A DNA stretch of 64,000 nt from Octopus bimaculoides (taxonomy: Eukaryota). Positions 38,835 to 51,756 of this stretch are shown piece by piece. The first letter of the stretch is position 1. The number at the start of each line of letters is the position of its first letter. Both the position numbers and the translations under genes were made by a program. Under the pieces are notes generated by a model that was not told where the DNA came from, ran no database searches, and saw nothing but the letters and a program-made list of their open reading frames with translations. The DNA is taken from the NCBI RefSeq assembly GCF_001194135.2, contig NC_068998.1:2830939-2894938 (forward strand), given 5' to 3'.

Positions 38835-39611
38835 ACTTACCGGCTTACCTACATATCTACCAATAATATCTATCTAAATTTATATATGAGTTGCCTTCGT
38901 ACTTTTTTTTGACATTGTTGTATCAGCTGTTGCCTGTAAGATGTGACTCAGTCCACAAGATATCCATAAATCTTTAGAAACTAACTTCCTCTCGCCATAG
39001 ACTCACGTAAGGCCCTCTGGCACCACCACCACCGCTGATGTCAATCCCGCCGCCGCCCTCATTCATAACACCGCCTCCACCTTATTGCCCCCCCCCATTG
39101 CTGCTGTCTACCTCTGCCCGCTACCACTTTTGTGTCGTGTCTCTTACCTTCAATTGTGTTTATTAATGTGTATATAAAAAAGGTAGACGGGGTGTAGGAA
39201 GATGGGAGAAAGAGAGGGAAGGAGGAGGTGATAGATGTTCACGTGGACAAACTGAAACAAATTGTTGAATGGTTTACCTGTTGACTCATTTAACTTATTT
39301 ACTTACCTTTCTTAAACATCATACATACATACATTATGTGTGTGTGTGTGACATACACATATTAACAAGTGCAAGTTTACAAGTGACTTCAAAGTTTCCG
39401 TTTACAAGCTGCTATGAGTCTGCTGACTGCGAGCAAACGGAAACTTCGAAGTCACAGATAAACTTTTCCGGATCTTTTCTGTTTGTCTCACACATTCTTC
39501 AATTCCTTTAATTTTGTTTCAATTGATTTCGAATTCGGCGTACTGGTGTGGTTTTGTGCGGTAATTTTGGAAATGAAATCCATTTTGCCAAGAATTAATA
39601 AATAAAAAGTT

Positions 39612-39694
39612 AAGGGCCGATTTGCTCGACTAAAAGGCGGTGCTCCAGCATGGCCGCAGTCAAATGACTGAAACAAGTAAAAGAGTAAAAGAGA
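39612..39694 (+). mobile_element. Young SINE 3' tail fragment
   Basis: gatttgctcgactaaaaggcggtgctccagcatggccgcagtcaaatgactgaaacaagtaaaagagtaaaag. Similar tails at 990-1085 and 54995-55075. Confidence 0.9.
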
Positions 39695-42148
39695 GCTTTT
39701 AAAGTTCGCAAATGTGGGGTAATTTTAGCCAATCGAAAGCCACAGGCATACTGGTGTCTGTTTCCATAGTAACAAGCCAAGGTTTAGTCTGCTTCACCTG
39801 TTTTTATTTTTACCGTTTTTCTTTGAAAAATGGATATTTACGGCTGCTGTCCTGTCACNNNNNNNNNNNNNNNNNNNNNNNNNNNNNNNNNNNNNNNNNN
39901 NNNNNNNNNNNNNNNNNNNNNNNNNNNNNNNNNNNNNNNNNNNNNNNNNNNNNNNNNNNNNNNNNNNNNNNNNNNNNNNNNNNNNNNNNNNNNNNNNNNN
40001 NNNNNNNNNNNNTTCGGCTGCTGTCCTGTCACCTCATTTTCATAATTTTGAACTGTGCATTCCTGGACCTTTTCGACCTAAATAGAAATACAACCGCAGC
40101 CAAATCGTTTATAACCTTTCGAATATAATTTTCCTTGTAAAAATTAATATTTGTGATTTTCTAGTAAAACGTATCGAGTACTTTTTATTGCCTGCCTGCT
40201 TGTCTATCTGTCTACCACGCAGTTTCCGTCAACCAAATTCACTCACAAGCAATTGGCAGGACAGGGGCAATAACAGAAGACACTCGGCTTTGTCTTTCGC
40301 GGGTCAATAAAAAAGTACAAGTTGAGCAATGGTGTCGATGTAATCGAGTCTCCCCTTCCCTAAAAAGTTGCTGACTTTGTGTCAAAGATTGAACCACACC
40401 AAACTTTGGTAAATGCACGCCCATATACAAACCTGCACGTGCGTGGTTTTAAAATTAAGCCTGCCTCTCATCACATACCTCCCCCTTCCTCTGCTTCCAC
40501 ATGACAAGAAAATATCTTCCATACAGGATTCCGGTACAAGGGACATAATTCCGATGTATTAAATATTCTTTTCTTGGCTTTCATCTGGGTGATTTCTTCC
40601 ATGAATTTAGTTTCGTTTTTTTAACAACTCAAATAATTTTTCAGACCTCCAATGGCAAAGAGCCAACGTCTTACTATCCCTTCCAGCCATTTCTAATGAT
40701 TGGTGAAGCTGGTTCTCCATCTCTGGTATGAAACCATTTGGTAATTTGTCCATCACGAGACTATACTATTACCTTAATGAATAATAATAACATTCCCACT
40801 CTATTAATATATGGCAGTTTTTTTTTTTTTTTTTACTCATGGCTTTTTAGACAATTACACACACACGCACATATATACGACGGGCATCTCTCAGTTTCCG
40901 TCTACCAAATCCACTCACAACGATGCCATGTTATTGCCCAATAAAGACTATTCAAGGAAAATAAATTTTAAAATAACCACAGATTTCTGTCAGTTAATTT
41001 GCAGACGAACGAAATGGAAAATGAAAGAAAAGCGTTTCAAACGACAAAAAAAAAAAAGAAGAAAAAAATGCCGGTAACTCATATATCTTGTTAACACAGA
41101 ATTGTTTCCCTTCACCTTTTCGTTTGACGTATTGTTTCAGGCTCTTTCTATTGACGTTTGATCGTTCGACAAATAAAAGAAAGAACATAAATTTGACATA
41201 GGTCAATTTTAAAATAACCTCAATAAATTCGTTTTCTTTTGAAAATACATTAATAAGAAAAATAGGNNNNNNNNNNNNNNNNNNNNNNNNNNNNNNNNNN
41301 NNNNNNNNNNNNNNNNNNNNNNNNNNNNNNNNNNNNNNNNNNNNNNNNNNNNNNNNNNNNNNNNNNNNNNNNNNNNNNNNNNNNNNNNNNNNNNNNNNNN
41401 NNNNNNNNNNNNNNNNNNNNNNNNNNNNNNNNNNNNNNNNNNNNNNNNNNNNNNNNNNNNNNNNNNNNNNNNNNNNNNNNNNNNNNNNNNNNNNNNNNNN
41501 NNNNNNNNNNNNNNNNNNNNNNNNNNNNNNNNNNNNNNNNNNNNNNNNNNNNNNNNNNNNNNNNNNNNNNNNNNNNNNNNNNNNNNNNNNNNNNNNNNNN
41601 NNNNNNNNNNNNNNNNNNNNNNNNNNNNNNNNNNNNNNNNNNNNNNNNNNNNNNNNNNNNNNNNNNNNNNNGAGTATATAAATTTTCGATTATGTGAATA
41701 AAATTTAGAAATAATAATTTTGGGGTGGTGTTTCGGGTCATCTGCTCCATCGTCATTTTTTACCCCTAATTTCCGTAATTAGCAATTTTCACTTTTTTCA
41801 AATAAAAAAAAAAGTAAGAAAAATGTTTTTTACGTTTGAAACACCAACATGACTTAAAACATTCGAAAACGAATTTCTGTAGATTGTCATTCAAAAAATA
41901 CGTTTTAAAGAGAGTTCTAAGGGAATCCAAACAAAATTGAACAGAAGAGAATGATTGGAAAACTCACTCGAAATATTTTTAGCTTCAAATGTTATCAACA
42001 TAATTGTAATCTTTATCCTTGAAAACGTATTTGCGTAAAATTTCATTTGAAAATATGTTTTTCATAAAATTGTGTGAAAAGAAAGTCGGGAGATGTGCGG
42101 CACTTTACTGTAGTTATGTCTATGTGGACGTAAGCAATAAACCGTAAT

Positions 42149-42240
42149 GGAATTTCCCGGCAACCCTCGTTGCTAAGGTAGCCATCTTTTGTAAACAAAA
42201 ATCCCGGTCACCTGTTAATACTTGTTGGAGTAAACATATG
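42149..42240 (+). promoter_or_regulatory. Ciliary-type promoter module: tandem RFX X-boxes plus forkhead (FOXJ1-like) sites
   Basis: ATTTCCCGGCAAC (42152-64) and GTTGCTAAGGTAGC (42169-82) each deviate by 1-2 nt from the X-box. GCCATCTT (YY1-like) at 42181. GTAAACA at 42191 and 42230. About 420-500 nt upstream of the TCTEX1D2 ATG. Confidence 0.6.
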
Positions 42241-42652
42241 ATGGAAAGTTCTTTTTTTCTCAACGACAGAAAATATTGGCTTCAAAAGATAGAAAAAGAA
42301 AAGAAATAATAACATAATTACGACAATTGTAAAAGAAATTTCTAACGTAATTCTTGATTGAGGAGGAAAACAACAAGCAAAATATGGAACTTGGACCTCC
42401 AAATCTGTCACTTGCCGGTTGTATAATACAGTGTAATCATATATAATTGGTAGCACAGTGATTGCATATAATAATAGTAATATTAGTAATAATATTATAA
42501 ATATTAACTATAAAATTAACGACATTATATAAACTATATTGGTGGGTTTTTTTTATATAATTATCATTTCAACGTAAATTCGAAACTGCTGAAAAGAAAA
42601 AAGTCTTAGCTTCGTGTTGTTCCTGTTGGTTTCTATAAACAAACGCCTCATC

Positions 42653-42696
42653 ATGTCTTCTTCAGTTCATATGATCCGGCCTTTATATCGAAACAA
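42653..42696 (+). CDS. DYNLT2B: Tctex1 domain-containing protein 2 (dynein light chain Tctex-type 2B), coding exon 1
   Basis: ATG TCT TCT...AAC AA|GTAAGT gives MSSSVHMIRPLYRN(K). It ends in phase 2, matching exon 2. IRPLYRNKFQP aligns to the N-terminal ILRPxFxxRFRP motif of vertebrate TCTEX1D2 (from memory). Confidence 0.8.
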
Positions 42697-42859
42697 GTAA
42701 GTTCTCTCTCTCTCTCTCTTTTAATATTATAGTTCAGTGTAGTCTCTCGGTTTATTATCGCAAAAATGGGAGATATCGAGAAGGATTCCGAAATATTGAT
42801 GCTGGCATACTAACAAGTGGTCTATATAACACCGATCTCCTCAGTTTCTAACTGGTATT

Positions 42860-43330
42860 TATTGATTTGTTTAGGGAAAGAAATCGAAGCGGTTTTTTCG
42901 GTTTATGACCACAAAATCAAAGAATAAAATTATTTTAACCAGTCGACATTTTAGAAAATTTAAAAAATATATTTTTTCCTTTGCAGAATCGTAAGCTCCG
43001 TATTCTTTAAACGTGGAATCGGCCAAAAAGTTTTTAGGTAAAACAAAAAAAACCCAAAAGTGGATAATGGTGGGGGGAATTTAAAAATTTGAAAAATTTG
43101 TTTTTTTGGCAAAATCGTTATCTTCGTTGTTGATGTTGAAAACTTTGGGAGCAGAAAAAAAGCAGATAAAAATAAAAGAAACGATAAAAAATGGGTGTGT
43201 GTGTTGCGTGGTACTAATTCCATACATTTATCTGGACATTACGGAATCATATCAAGATTTCGACTTGCAATTTGTGGTCAAAAACCGAAAGAATGCTTTC
43301 ATCTTTATGATTTCCTCTCTAAAGTCTTCC
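42860..43330. mobile_element. Degenerate inverted-repeat (MITE-like) element in TCTEX1D2 intron 1
   Basis: ttttttcggtttatgaccacaaaatc (about 42893-42918) is inverted relative to tttgtggtcaaaaaccgaaagaa (about 43270-43293). Similarity extends about 60 nt with a gap. Boundaries are approximate. Confidence 0.5.
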
Positions 43331-44060
43331 AGGCTCAACTTTACTTTTGATTCCCAACTCTTCTTCGCTTAGAGACGAGTTTTTTCAGGTGATTGATATA
43401 AGGTTGAAATAATTATGCAACAGTGTCTCTATAGTTACGAAGTCTGTGTGATATATGTGATAAACTTAAGCCCAAATAAGGTCGACCCAATCCTGGAGTA
43501 AACGGAAACTGAAAGGAAGCCTTGGACTGTAATTGCAATTCAAAGGTCTACCCTTATCACACAATGTGTCGCGTTGCTTCTGTTCGAGGATTGCATTCAA
43601 GGTACACATGTATGTCTGTGGAATACTCGACCATATCCTACTAGGACAATATGGAGGAAGTGCAGTTGATAGTTCTACTCAGTTACTCATTGCTGAAACA
43701 GGGGGAGGGGATCCAATTTGTTTCTATTATGTCTAAATAATAAATTAAAAAAATACGGGATGGTCATGGGTGGAATGCCTTGGATTGTAAGTCTGCTTGG
43801 TCAGCATTGACATGGTACCAAACAGCCCCCACCCCCCAGCACTCAACCATTTCAGAGACAGTCATTTGAAACGAGACAACAGCCGCCCTCAGCTGATTTA
43901 AGCTAAACATTCCTTGGGAGACATTTGAGATGTATGTTTGTATATTTAGAACGGAGGAGTTTTGTAATTCTATATTTTTATCTTGTTATTTATATGATAT
44001 GTGTGTATACTAACACACACACACACATATATACATACATGCACACACACACACACACAC

Positions 44061-44099
<39 letters not shown>

Positions 44100-44109
44100 N
44101 NNNNNNNNN

Positions 44110-44163
<54 letters not shown>

Positions 44164-44414
44164 CATACATATATTCTTTTATTCTTTTACTTGTTTCAGT
44201 CATTTGACTGTGGCATACTTATGTACCTATGGTTATGTTTGTACAGAAATATATATGTATATATATATATATTTATGTATATGTGTACATATATGTATGT
44301 ATTCCTCATGTATATACAATTTCATTCTTACATAACTAAAATAATCTTAAGGTATATTGATTTTATAAATTACAATATTACTCCTCTTATAATAACTTTC
44401 TCATACATATATGC

Positions 44415-44446
<32 letters not shown>

Positions 44447-47400
44447 NNNNNNNNNNNNNNNNNNNNNNNNNNNNNNNNNNNNNNNNNNNNNNNNNNNNNN
44501 NNNNNNNNNNNNNNNNNNNNNNNNNNNNNNNNNNNNNNNNNNNNNNNNNNNNNNNNNNNNNNNNNNNNNNNNNNNNNNNNNNNNNNNNNNNNNNNNNNNN
44601 NNNNNNNNNNNNNNNNNNNNNNNNNNNNNNNNNNNNNNNNNNNNNNNNNNNNNNNNNNNNNNNNNNNNNNNNNNNNNNNNNNNNNNNNNNNNNNNNNNNN
44701 NNNNNNNNNNNNNNNNNNNNNNNNNNNNNNNNNNNNNNNNNNNNNNNNNNNNNNNNNNNNNNNNNNNNNNNNNNNNNNNNNNNNNNNNNNNNNNNNNNNN
44801 NNNNNNNNNNNNNNNNNNNNNNNNNNNNNNNNNNNNNNNNNNNNNNNNNNNNNNNNNNNNNNNNNNNNNNNNNNNNNNNNNNNNNNNNNNNNNNNNNNNN
44901 NNNNNNNNNNNNNNNNNTTTGACGTTGGTCTGTTTGGGAATTTTATAAAGCTGAATCATATCTAGGGATGGGTCCAGCCGGACATGCAGTTGGGTGACAG
45001 CTGTCTGCCTGTGTCTTGCTTTCTCTTGTCACATAGTCACACAATCACACACACATGTATACATACATACATACATACATACATACATGCATACATATTT
45101 ATATGCATATAGACATTCACATATTTATACTCACACACACACATATCGCCATCTCTCTGTCTCTCTATGTATACACACACATGCACACATATATTTAAAG
45201 ATATGCACTCATACATGCATACATATATATATTCCCTCATACATTTGCATACCAATCTACTTCCTGGTGCGTATTTACAAGGGTGCATAAACACACACAC
45301 ACACACACAGGTATAGATTATGCTCTCGACAGCCTTATGTCACTCAATGCTTTTCATGAGAGAGAAGAGTAAATACCTGTTTACAAAGCCAAGAGGGTAG
45401 AGGCTAATATGATTCTGGTACTACCACCTCTACTCATGCTACCACCTCTACATGCTACACTATCATCACCACTACTATAGCCATCACAGTCACCACCAGG
45501 CTGTCACCATTAATAAACCAGTACCACCACCACAACCACTACCACACTAGCATCACCAGAGACACCACCACCACAGCGATAATCACCACAACCATCATCA
45601 CCACTATTGCTAGCACTACCACCACAACCACTACAACCACAATTATCATCATTACAACCGCTAACGCAATTACCATCACAGCCCCTGTACCTCCACTAAT
45701 TCTACTACTACCACCACCTCTACCTACACTATAACCACTTAGACAACAGCTGCCACCACCACTAACCCTACTACTACCACTACCACCACTGCTGCTGCTA
45801 CTCCCACCACCCATACCACAATTACAACCACCAAAAAGTGATGTTCAGTTTGTAGACATCACAAAGTACACATCACTCCTTAACTTACCTAAAATAAATG
45901 ACATTGGTCTATTGGAGTTACTTCCCTTTGTTCACCTTATTTTTGTTTTTAAATCACCACCATTATCCATTTCTCACTACCACCACCACGATCATTGCTA
46001 CTACTACTACTATCACCACCACCACTACTACTACTACTACCCAAACCACCACTGCCATCAACACTCATACCTGTGTTATTAAGTGAACCAATCCTATTAG
46101 AACTAGTATCTCTCTCTCTCTCTCTCTCTTCCTTTGCTGCAAACGTATTCTCTTCTTCTTCCCCCTCTCTCTTTCTCTCTGCCTCTACCCCTCACCCTCG
46201 GCTGTGCACCCAGCTCTCTTCCCAGTTGACAACCAATCTTGTAAATATACATAACTATATATGGAGGAGTGACAGGTGGTGGTGGTCGTGGTGGGAGAGA
46301 GGCAGAGAGACAGTGAGTGGGGAGAGAGGTGTTGGGAGCAGGTAGACAGACAGACAGGCAAGCAGGACAGTTCCACTGCATCCAGACGCAGCAGATACAC
46401 TTTTTTCCGTGCTGGGGGTTAGTCAGCCGCCTGGTTATGTTCAAACCCCTGTCTCGGACCCTGATCACCATACCGGACTTGTACCTAACAACAACAGCTG
46501 TGACGACAACAACAACAACAACAACAACAGCAGTGACACTATGGACACAAGGTTTGTAAATACCATTTCAATTAACGAGATGTATTTTCCAGAAATGTGT
46601 GTGTATGAGCCGATCCAAAGACCCAGTCTTCAGTGGCGCAACTATGCTAAAGTACAAGGCTATGAGTTTAGGTGGGTGGGTGAGTGGGTGAAGGTTTGGT
46701 GTATTGACCCCAGTATTTGGTGTTTATTTAGGTACAGCAGGGTTAATATAATTCAATATACACAATACACATGATGATGATGTTGTTGGTTCTTTCTACT
46801 AGAGGCACAAAGCCTGAGGTTTGGTGGTGGTGGTGGTGGTGGTCTGGGTACATCGAATACATTACATTGACCCCCAGGGCTTGCTCAACTGATACATATT
46901 TTATCGACCCCCAAAAGGATGCAAGAGAAAAGTCGACCTCGGTGGAGTTTGAACTCAGAACATAAAGAACTAAGAGAAATGTTGCTAAGCACCCAACACA
47001 CTCTGTAATGGGGTCAACATCAGGAAGGGTTGCAGAAACAAAGCCCAAACAGATCATGGCACCTGGTGTGGGTCCCGGCTTTGCCAGCATGCAAAAAGGG
47101 ACATTAAATGATGATGATGATGATTGCAGATAAGTTCATTGTCATCAATTCACTGTGAGGAAAGTTTACTGAGAAAATATATCCATAGCATCTCACCATT
47201 AATAGTTAAAAAACCATTTTATTGGAAAAAAGAAAGAAATTAATGGAGACCCTGTGGTGAATTGATTTGGGGTGAACTTAGTAGACATGGATGATGATGT
47301 ATCAAAACAACATACAAAATGTATGATCAAGTCCTCAGAGAAAGGAACCTCTCTTTAGGGGCCAGTCAAGGAACCCTAGAAATCCTGGAATTACCTTAAC

Positions 47401-47529
47401 TACCAAAGGTAAGTGCCTTCCTCCATCTGTCCTCATTCCCGGATCTACAGATGTTTACTGTGAGTCGGACCCTTTTCTTGGGCCATGCTCACCAGTCTCC
47501 CTTACCTTTCAATAAATTTACTGGAGGGA

Positions 47530-47990
47530 GAAGCACCTCACTCTTCATCCTCATCTTAATGACATCTCTGTATTTTAACACAATAACAAGCTTCAAGTTG
47601 GCATCTGTTTCATTAATGTATGCAAGAAATAACAGGGCACCAGGAGCAGATCCCTGCAGGACACCAAGATGTCATTGCTTAGGGTACAGAGTGTTATCCT
47701 AGTACTATGGCTACCCCTTTTCAATTGAGATTGAAGGACTTTCAACCCAGTCATAAAAATTGGCCTTCATGCCGATTACAGAGAACTTCACAATACATCA
47801 TGGGAATGGCATAGAATGAAAGACTTTGGTAAAGTTTAGATAACATGAATCCATGAGCCACCATCAGCGATTCAAGTGATGTTTCAAGAAATCCCATGTG
47901 TTGTACATCCTGACAAATTCCATCACTCTTCAGGTGGGATTCTTACTCATTCATTCACCAATATCTCTGTAACCCTGTCCACATCCTTAT
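47530..47990 (-). mobile_element. Decayed CR1/L2-clade LINE reverse transcriptase fragment
   Basis: Minus-strand translation gives LNFTKVFHSMP (LDFxKAFDSVPH motif), GVLQGSAPGALLFLAYINE (GVPQGSVLGPLLFxxYIND motif) and KYRDVIKM (YADD region), with stops and frameshifts. Confidence 0.85.
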
Positions 47991-48441
47991 AAATAATTAA
48001 TGACCTTATTCTGGGCTCGCCTGTCTTCGCAACAAGCCTTGCCTTTGTTTCTTGCAGCCTTTCTCACCAGGGGTGGGCACCAGTTTAGTCACCGACGATG
48101 ACCTGACTGAGCGACAGGTTGTTGTTTGATTGCTGCTACAGTAGCACTCTTTGTGATCCGACAAGAAATGAGGGGGGGGAGTGGTGCTGGGGAAGGCGAG
48201 CGGGGGTGTGCGTGTGAATTTGGAAGTTTGATGGTAATGAAGGAAATGGTGATCATGTCGGTGGCATGATGGTGGTGGTGGTGAGAATGACACTTGTGTG
48301 TAGGAAAAAATATTCTGATAAGGCATGTATATCAATACTACTACTACTACAACTACTGCTGCTGTTGATGATGATGATGATGATGCCATTCACCACCACC
48401 GCCACTACTACTACTGCTACTGCTGTTACTACTGACTATAG

Positions 48442-48808
48442 CAGTGTTTCCCAAACGCTGTGACGGAAGAGGATGGCAGGGGAGGTGGAATGATTGAAAG
48501 ACAATTATTTAGAAACAGTTTCCAAAAATAAATAGGATTTCAAAATTTAAAATATTATTATGGATTACTTGTAATAGCCTGCTTAAGTCAAAAACATAAA
48601 CAATTATAAAAATAATTATTGACCGATTTTATCATTGTAATTAATGGTTTTGCATTTTACCAAGGATTAAGAGGTCTAGTCCGCGAATAGGAGGAGAGTG
48701 TTATCCGTGGTTATCTCCATTTAACCCACCTTCTGGACCTTTGGTGAAGCGCGAGCAAAATTTCATTCCGAAAATGCGACCCAGAGAAAAATAGTTTGGG
48801 AACCACTG
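48442..48808. mobile_element. Non-autonomous hAT (Charlie-like) element
   Basis: TIRs CAGTGTTTCCCAAAC / GTTTGGGAACCACTG (14/15). 8-bp TSD gactatag / gactgtaa (6/8). Confidence 0.85.
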
Positions 48809-49294
48809 GACTGTAAACGATGCCGCTGATCGATAAACTATATAACGTCTTGTGATACCTATTTACAAGGTGGATTGGGCCATTTGCTAGTTAAGTTAAA
48901 AAGAAAAAGAACTAAGAAAAAGTCGACTATCACTGCTGCTATCCTCTTACTGGCACCACCACCTCCTCTTTTTAGGAATTTCTGTCATCCTCCGACGTCA
49001 CAAAATTAATTTTAACGTTCGTTGGGGTTTGTGTAGTAAGGGAGATAAATGTGTATTATTATAATGTGGAGTTATCTTTCTTATTTCAAATATTTTTATA
49101 TTCCTTGTTTTTTGTGTTTTAAAAGTTAAACAATTTGACATTCTGTCGCTTAAAATTTCGGACTTTCAGGTCTCCAGCCCCCATTGTGCCTTCAAGAGGC
49201 TATAATCACCGAAATTGTTATATCTAAAAGATAAAAGATCGGTTAATCGCATAATTGTTCTGCAGCGTATCAGAGAACTCTGCAAACATCGAGA

Positions 49295-49445
49295 GACAAA
49301 ACTGCCCCCCCCCCCTCGGAATTTGTTTCCTCATAACTTTTTGAAAAATGGGTGTTTTTTGATGAAATTTTCTACAAATACATTTCAAATGGTGCAGATT
49401 ACGATTATATCGGATTTTGATACGAATAATTTTTTTTCGGGTCAG
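49295..49445. mobile_element. Single-arm relative of the 22380 palindromic MITE
   Basis: cataactttttgaaaaatgggtgttttttgatgaaattttctacaaatac resembles cataactttcagaaaaatggatattttatcatgaaattttctacggatat, and both follow a poly-C run. Confidence 0.6.
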
Positions 49446-49459
49446 TCTTTGTACTAATC

Positions 49460-49725
49460 ATAGGCTGAGGTGTAGTAGTGTGGTGAGAAATTTGTTTCCC
49501 ATCCACATAGTTCCGGGTTCAGTCCCACTGTGTGACACCTTGAGAAAGTGTCTTCCACTATAGCCACGGGCTGATCAAAACTTTGGAAAGGTATCCAGCT
49601 GTAGAAACATTGCCAGATCAGATTGGAGCCTGGGGCAGCCTCCTGGCTTCCCAAACCCCAGTCAAACCGTCCAACCCATGCCAGCATAGAAAACGGACGT
49701 TAAATGATGATGATGATGATGATGA
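49460..49725 (+). mobile_element. Chimeric SINE: OR/CORE-like head joined to an RTE tail
   Basis: The head/core to 49580 runs directly into ggtatccagctgtagaaacattgccagatcagattggagcc...gttaaatgatgatg. Confidence 0.8.
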
Positions 49726-51701
49726 ATCCATTTGCATGACTTTAGTTGGCCCAGATGTTGCTATTATAGAAGACACTTGCCCAAGGTGTTGTGCTGTGGG
49801 ACTGAACCTGAGACCACGTGAAGGAAGCAAGTTTCCTAACCCCACAGCCACACCTGTACATATAATGTGTAAAAACCTCGAAGCAGGTGAAACAGGGTTG
49901 CTAGCCATTTAGGACGGGTGTGGTAGAGACGATAAATAAACAGAATAGTGGAGAGCAACAAAATAGAAAAGACAGGATAAAAACAAAATGAAACGAAACA
50001 AAAAAAAAATCTGACCTGGATTTAGAAAAGAAATCAAACCAGTTGTGTGACTGGTTCCACAACATATTTCTCGTATGAATATAGTTTGCTCTTAATTATC
50101 ATTATCGTTATGATCAATGTCATTACTGTTGCTGTTAGTAGTAGTAGTAGTAGCAGTGGCAGTAGAAGTAGTAGTAGCTTAAATGACATGTTATGTTTTA
50201 GTTTCTGAGTTCAATTTCCACTGGTGGTGGTGGTGGTGGTGGATTTGCCCTTCCTCCATTGGGTTGTAGTGACTCAAGGACTTGGAGCTAAGGTAATCGA
50301 TGCTGTTCTTCCTTCAAAGGAAAGAAAAATCCATAGCCTTGTAGCAATGTGATGCATTGGCAGAATTGTTTGAGCATCGGACAAAATATCTTGTGGTTTT
50401 TGTTTTGGTTTAATATGTTCTGAGTTCAAATCCTGCCGAGGTCAATTTTGCCTTTTATCCTTTCGGGATTAATGAAATAAAAACCGGTCAAGTAATGGGC
50501 TCACTAATTTAATATATATATATATATATCACTAATATAAGGTTAAGGCTTAAAGCTCACACACACACACACATATTCTTCGACAGATTTCCTGGCTCTT
50601 CTGATGAATCTATGATCTTCACCTACTTTATTTAATACACACGCACACACACACAACAAAGAAGCAAAAAACAACCCTGATTGTTTCTAAGTCATTCTCA
50701 TAGATCTTAATTATTATTCTTTTCTTCGGTCCAAGGTCGTTAAGAAAGAAGGAGGAGAGATTTAAAAGTGTTTTGAATAAATTTGCCAAATGAAATTCAC
50801 AATGTCACAAAACAAAACCACAGCAATTTACCTCAGTTGAGTGTCTGTGGTGTTCCCTGACAGGCCTGCTAGAAATGGCAGCCAAATTTCTTAAATCATA
50901 AGCCACTGTATCATCATCATCATCTTCATCATCATTTAACATCTGTCTCCTATGTTGGCATGAGTTTCATGGTTTGACAAGTACTGGTAAGGCCAGGTGC
51001 TGCACCAGGCTCCAGTCATCTGCTTCGGCATGGTTTTAACATCTTGATGCCCTTCCTAATGCCAACTACTTTACAGAGTGGACCGAGTGCTTTTTACATG
51101 GCACCATCACCATTGCTTTTCATGGTCATGAAAGAAATGACCTTCAATTTGCTGTTGTTGTTCAACCTCATATCAGCTGTGAACAAGCTGACCTACGATC
51201 AAAGACATTCCAGCCGTGACCCTCCTTTAATTTATTCAGACACAGCATATTTTGGAGTACATTCATTATCTGTTGCATAATCTATTAGACAGTGTAATCT
51301 GAGAGACACCATGTCTGAATAAAATATGGGATGGTCACAGTTGGAGTGCTTTTCATCAGAGGTCTGCTGGTTCATGGCTGACCTTGAATTAAACGACAGC
51401 AATCACAAGGGAGGACACACAGTGTATCTTGGACTACATTAATTAATGTGTTCCTTTTTTGTAATTTGGCTGTTTAACCCTAGGTCAGCTGTTAACCAGC
51501 AAACCTAGGATCAAAGACTTCCCAACTGTGACCATCTCATAGTTTACTCAGACATATATATACATCTGTGTCTACGTGTACACCCATATGTATATATATA
51601 TGCACATACATTTTATCCTATATTAGAAGTATATACAGTCTAACTCATGCCAGCATGGAAAGTGGATGTTAAATGATAATGATGATGATGATGATATATA
51701 G

Positions 51702-51756
<55 letters not shown>

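Noticed and set aside
39841-40030. Direct repeat cggctgctgtcctgtcac on both sides of a gap
   Set aside because: Most likely a contig-overlap artefact or collapsed tandem repeat at the N run; it cannot be evaluated.
42124-42186. Minus-strand aagATGGCT ORF (MATLATRVAGKFHYGLLLTST*)
   Set aside because: Only 21 codons with no in-frame consensus donor. The sequence is better explained as YY1/X-box motifs.
48006-48170. Unique-looking segment with possible exon signals on both strands
   Set aside because: The donors and acceptors are weak or not phase-linked to any other exon, and it adjoins a CR1 remnant.
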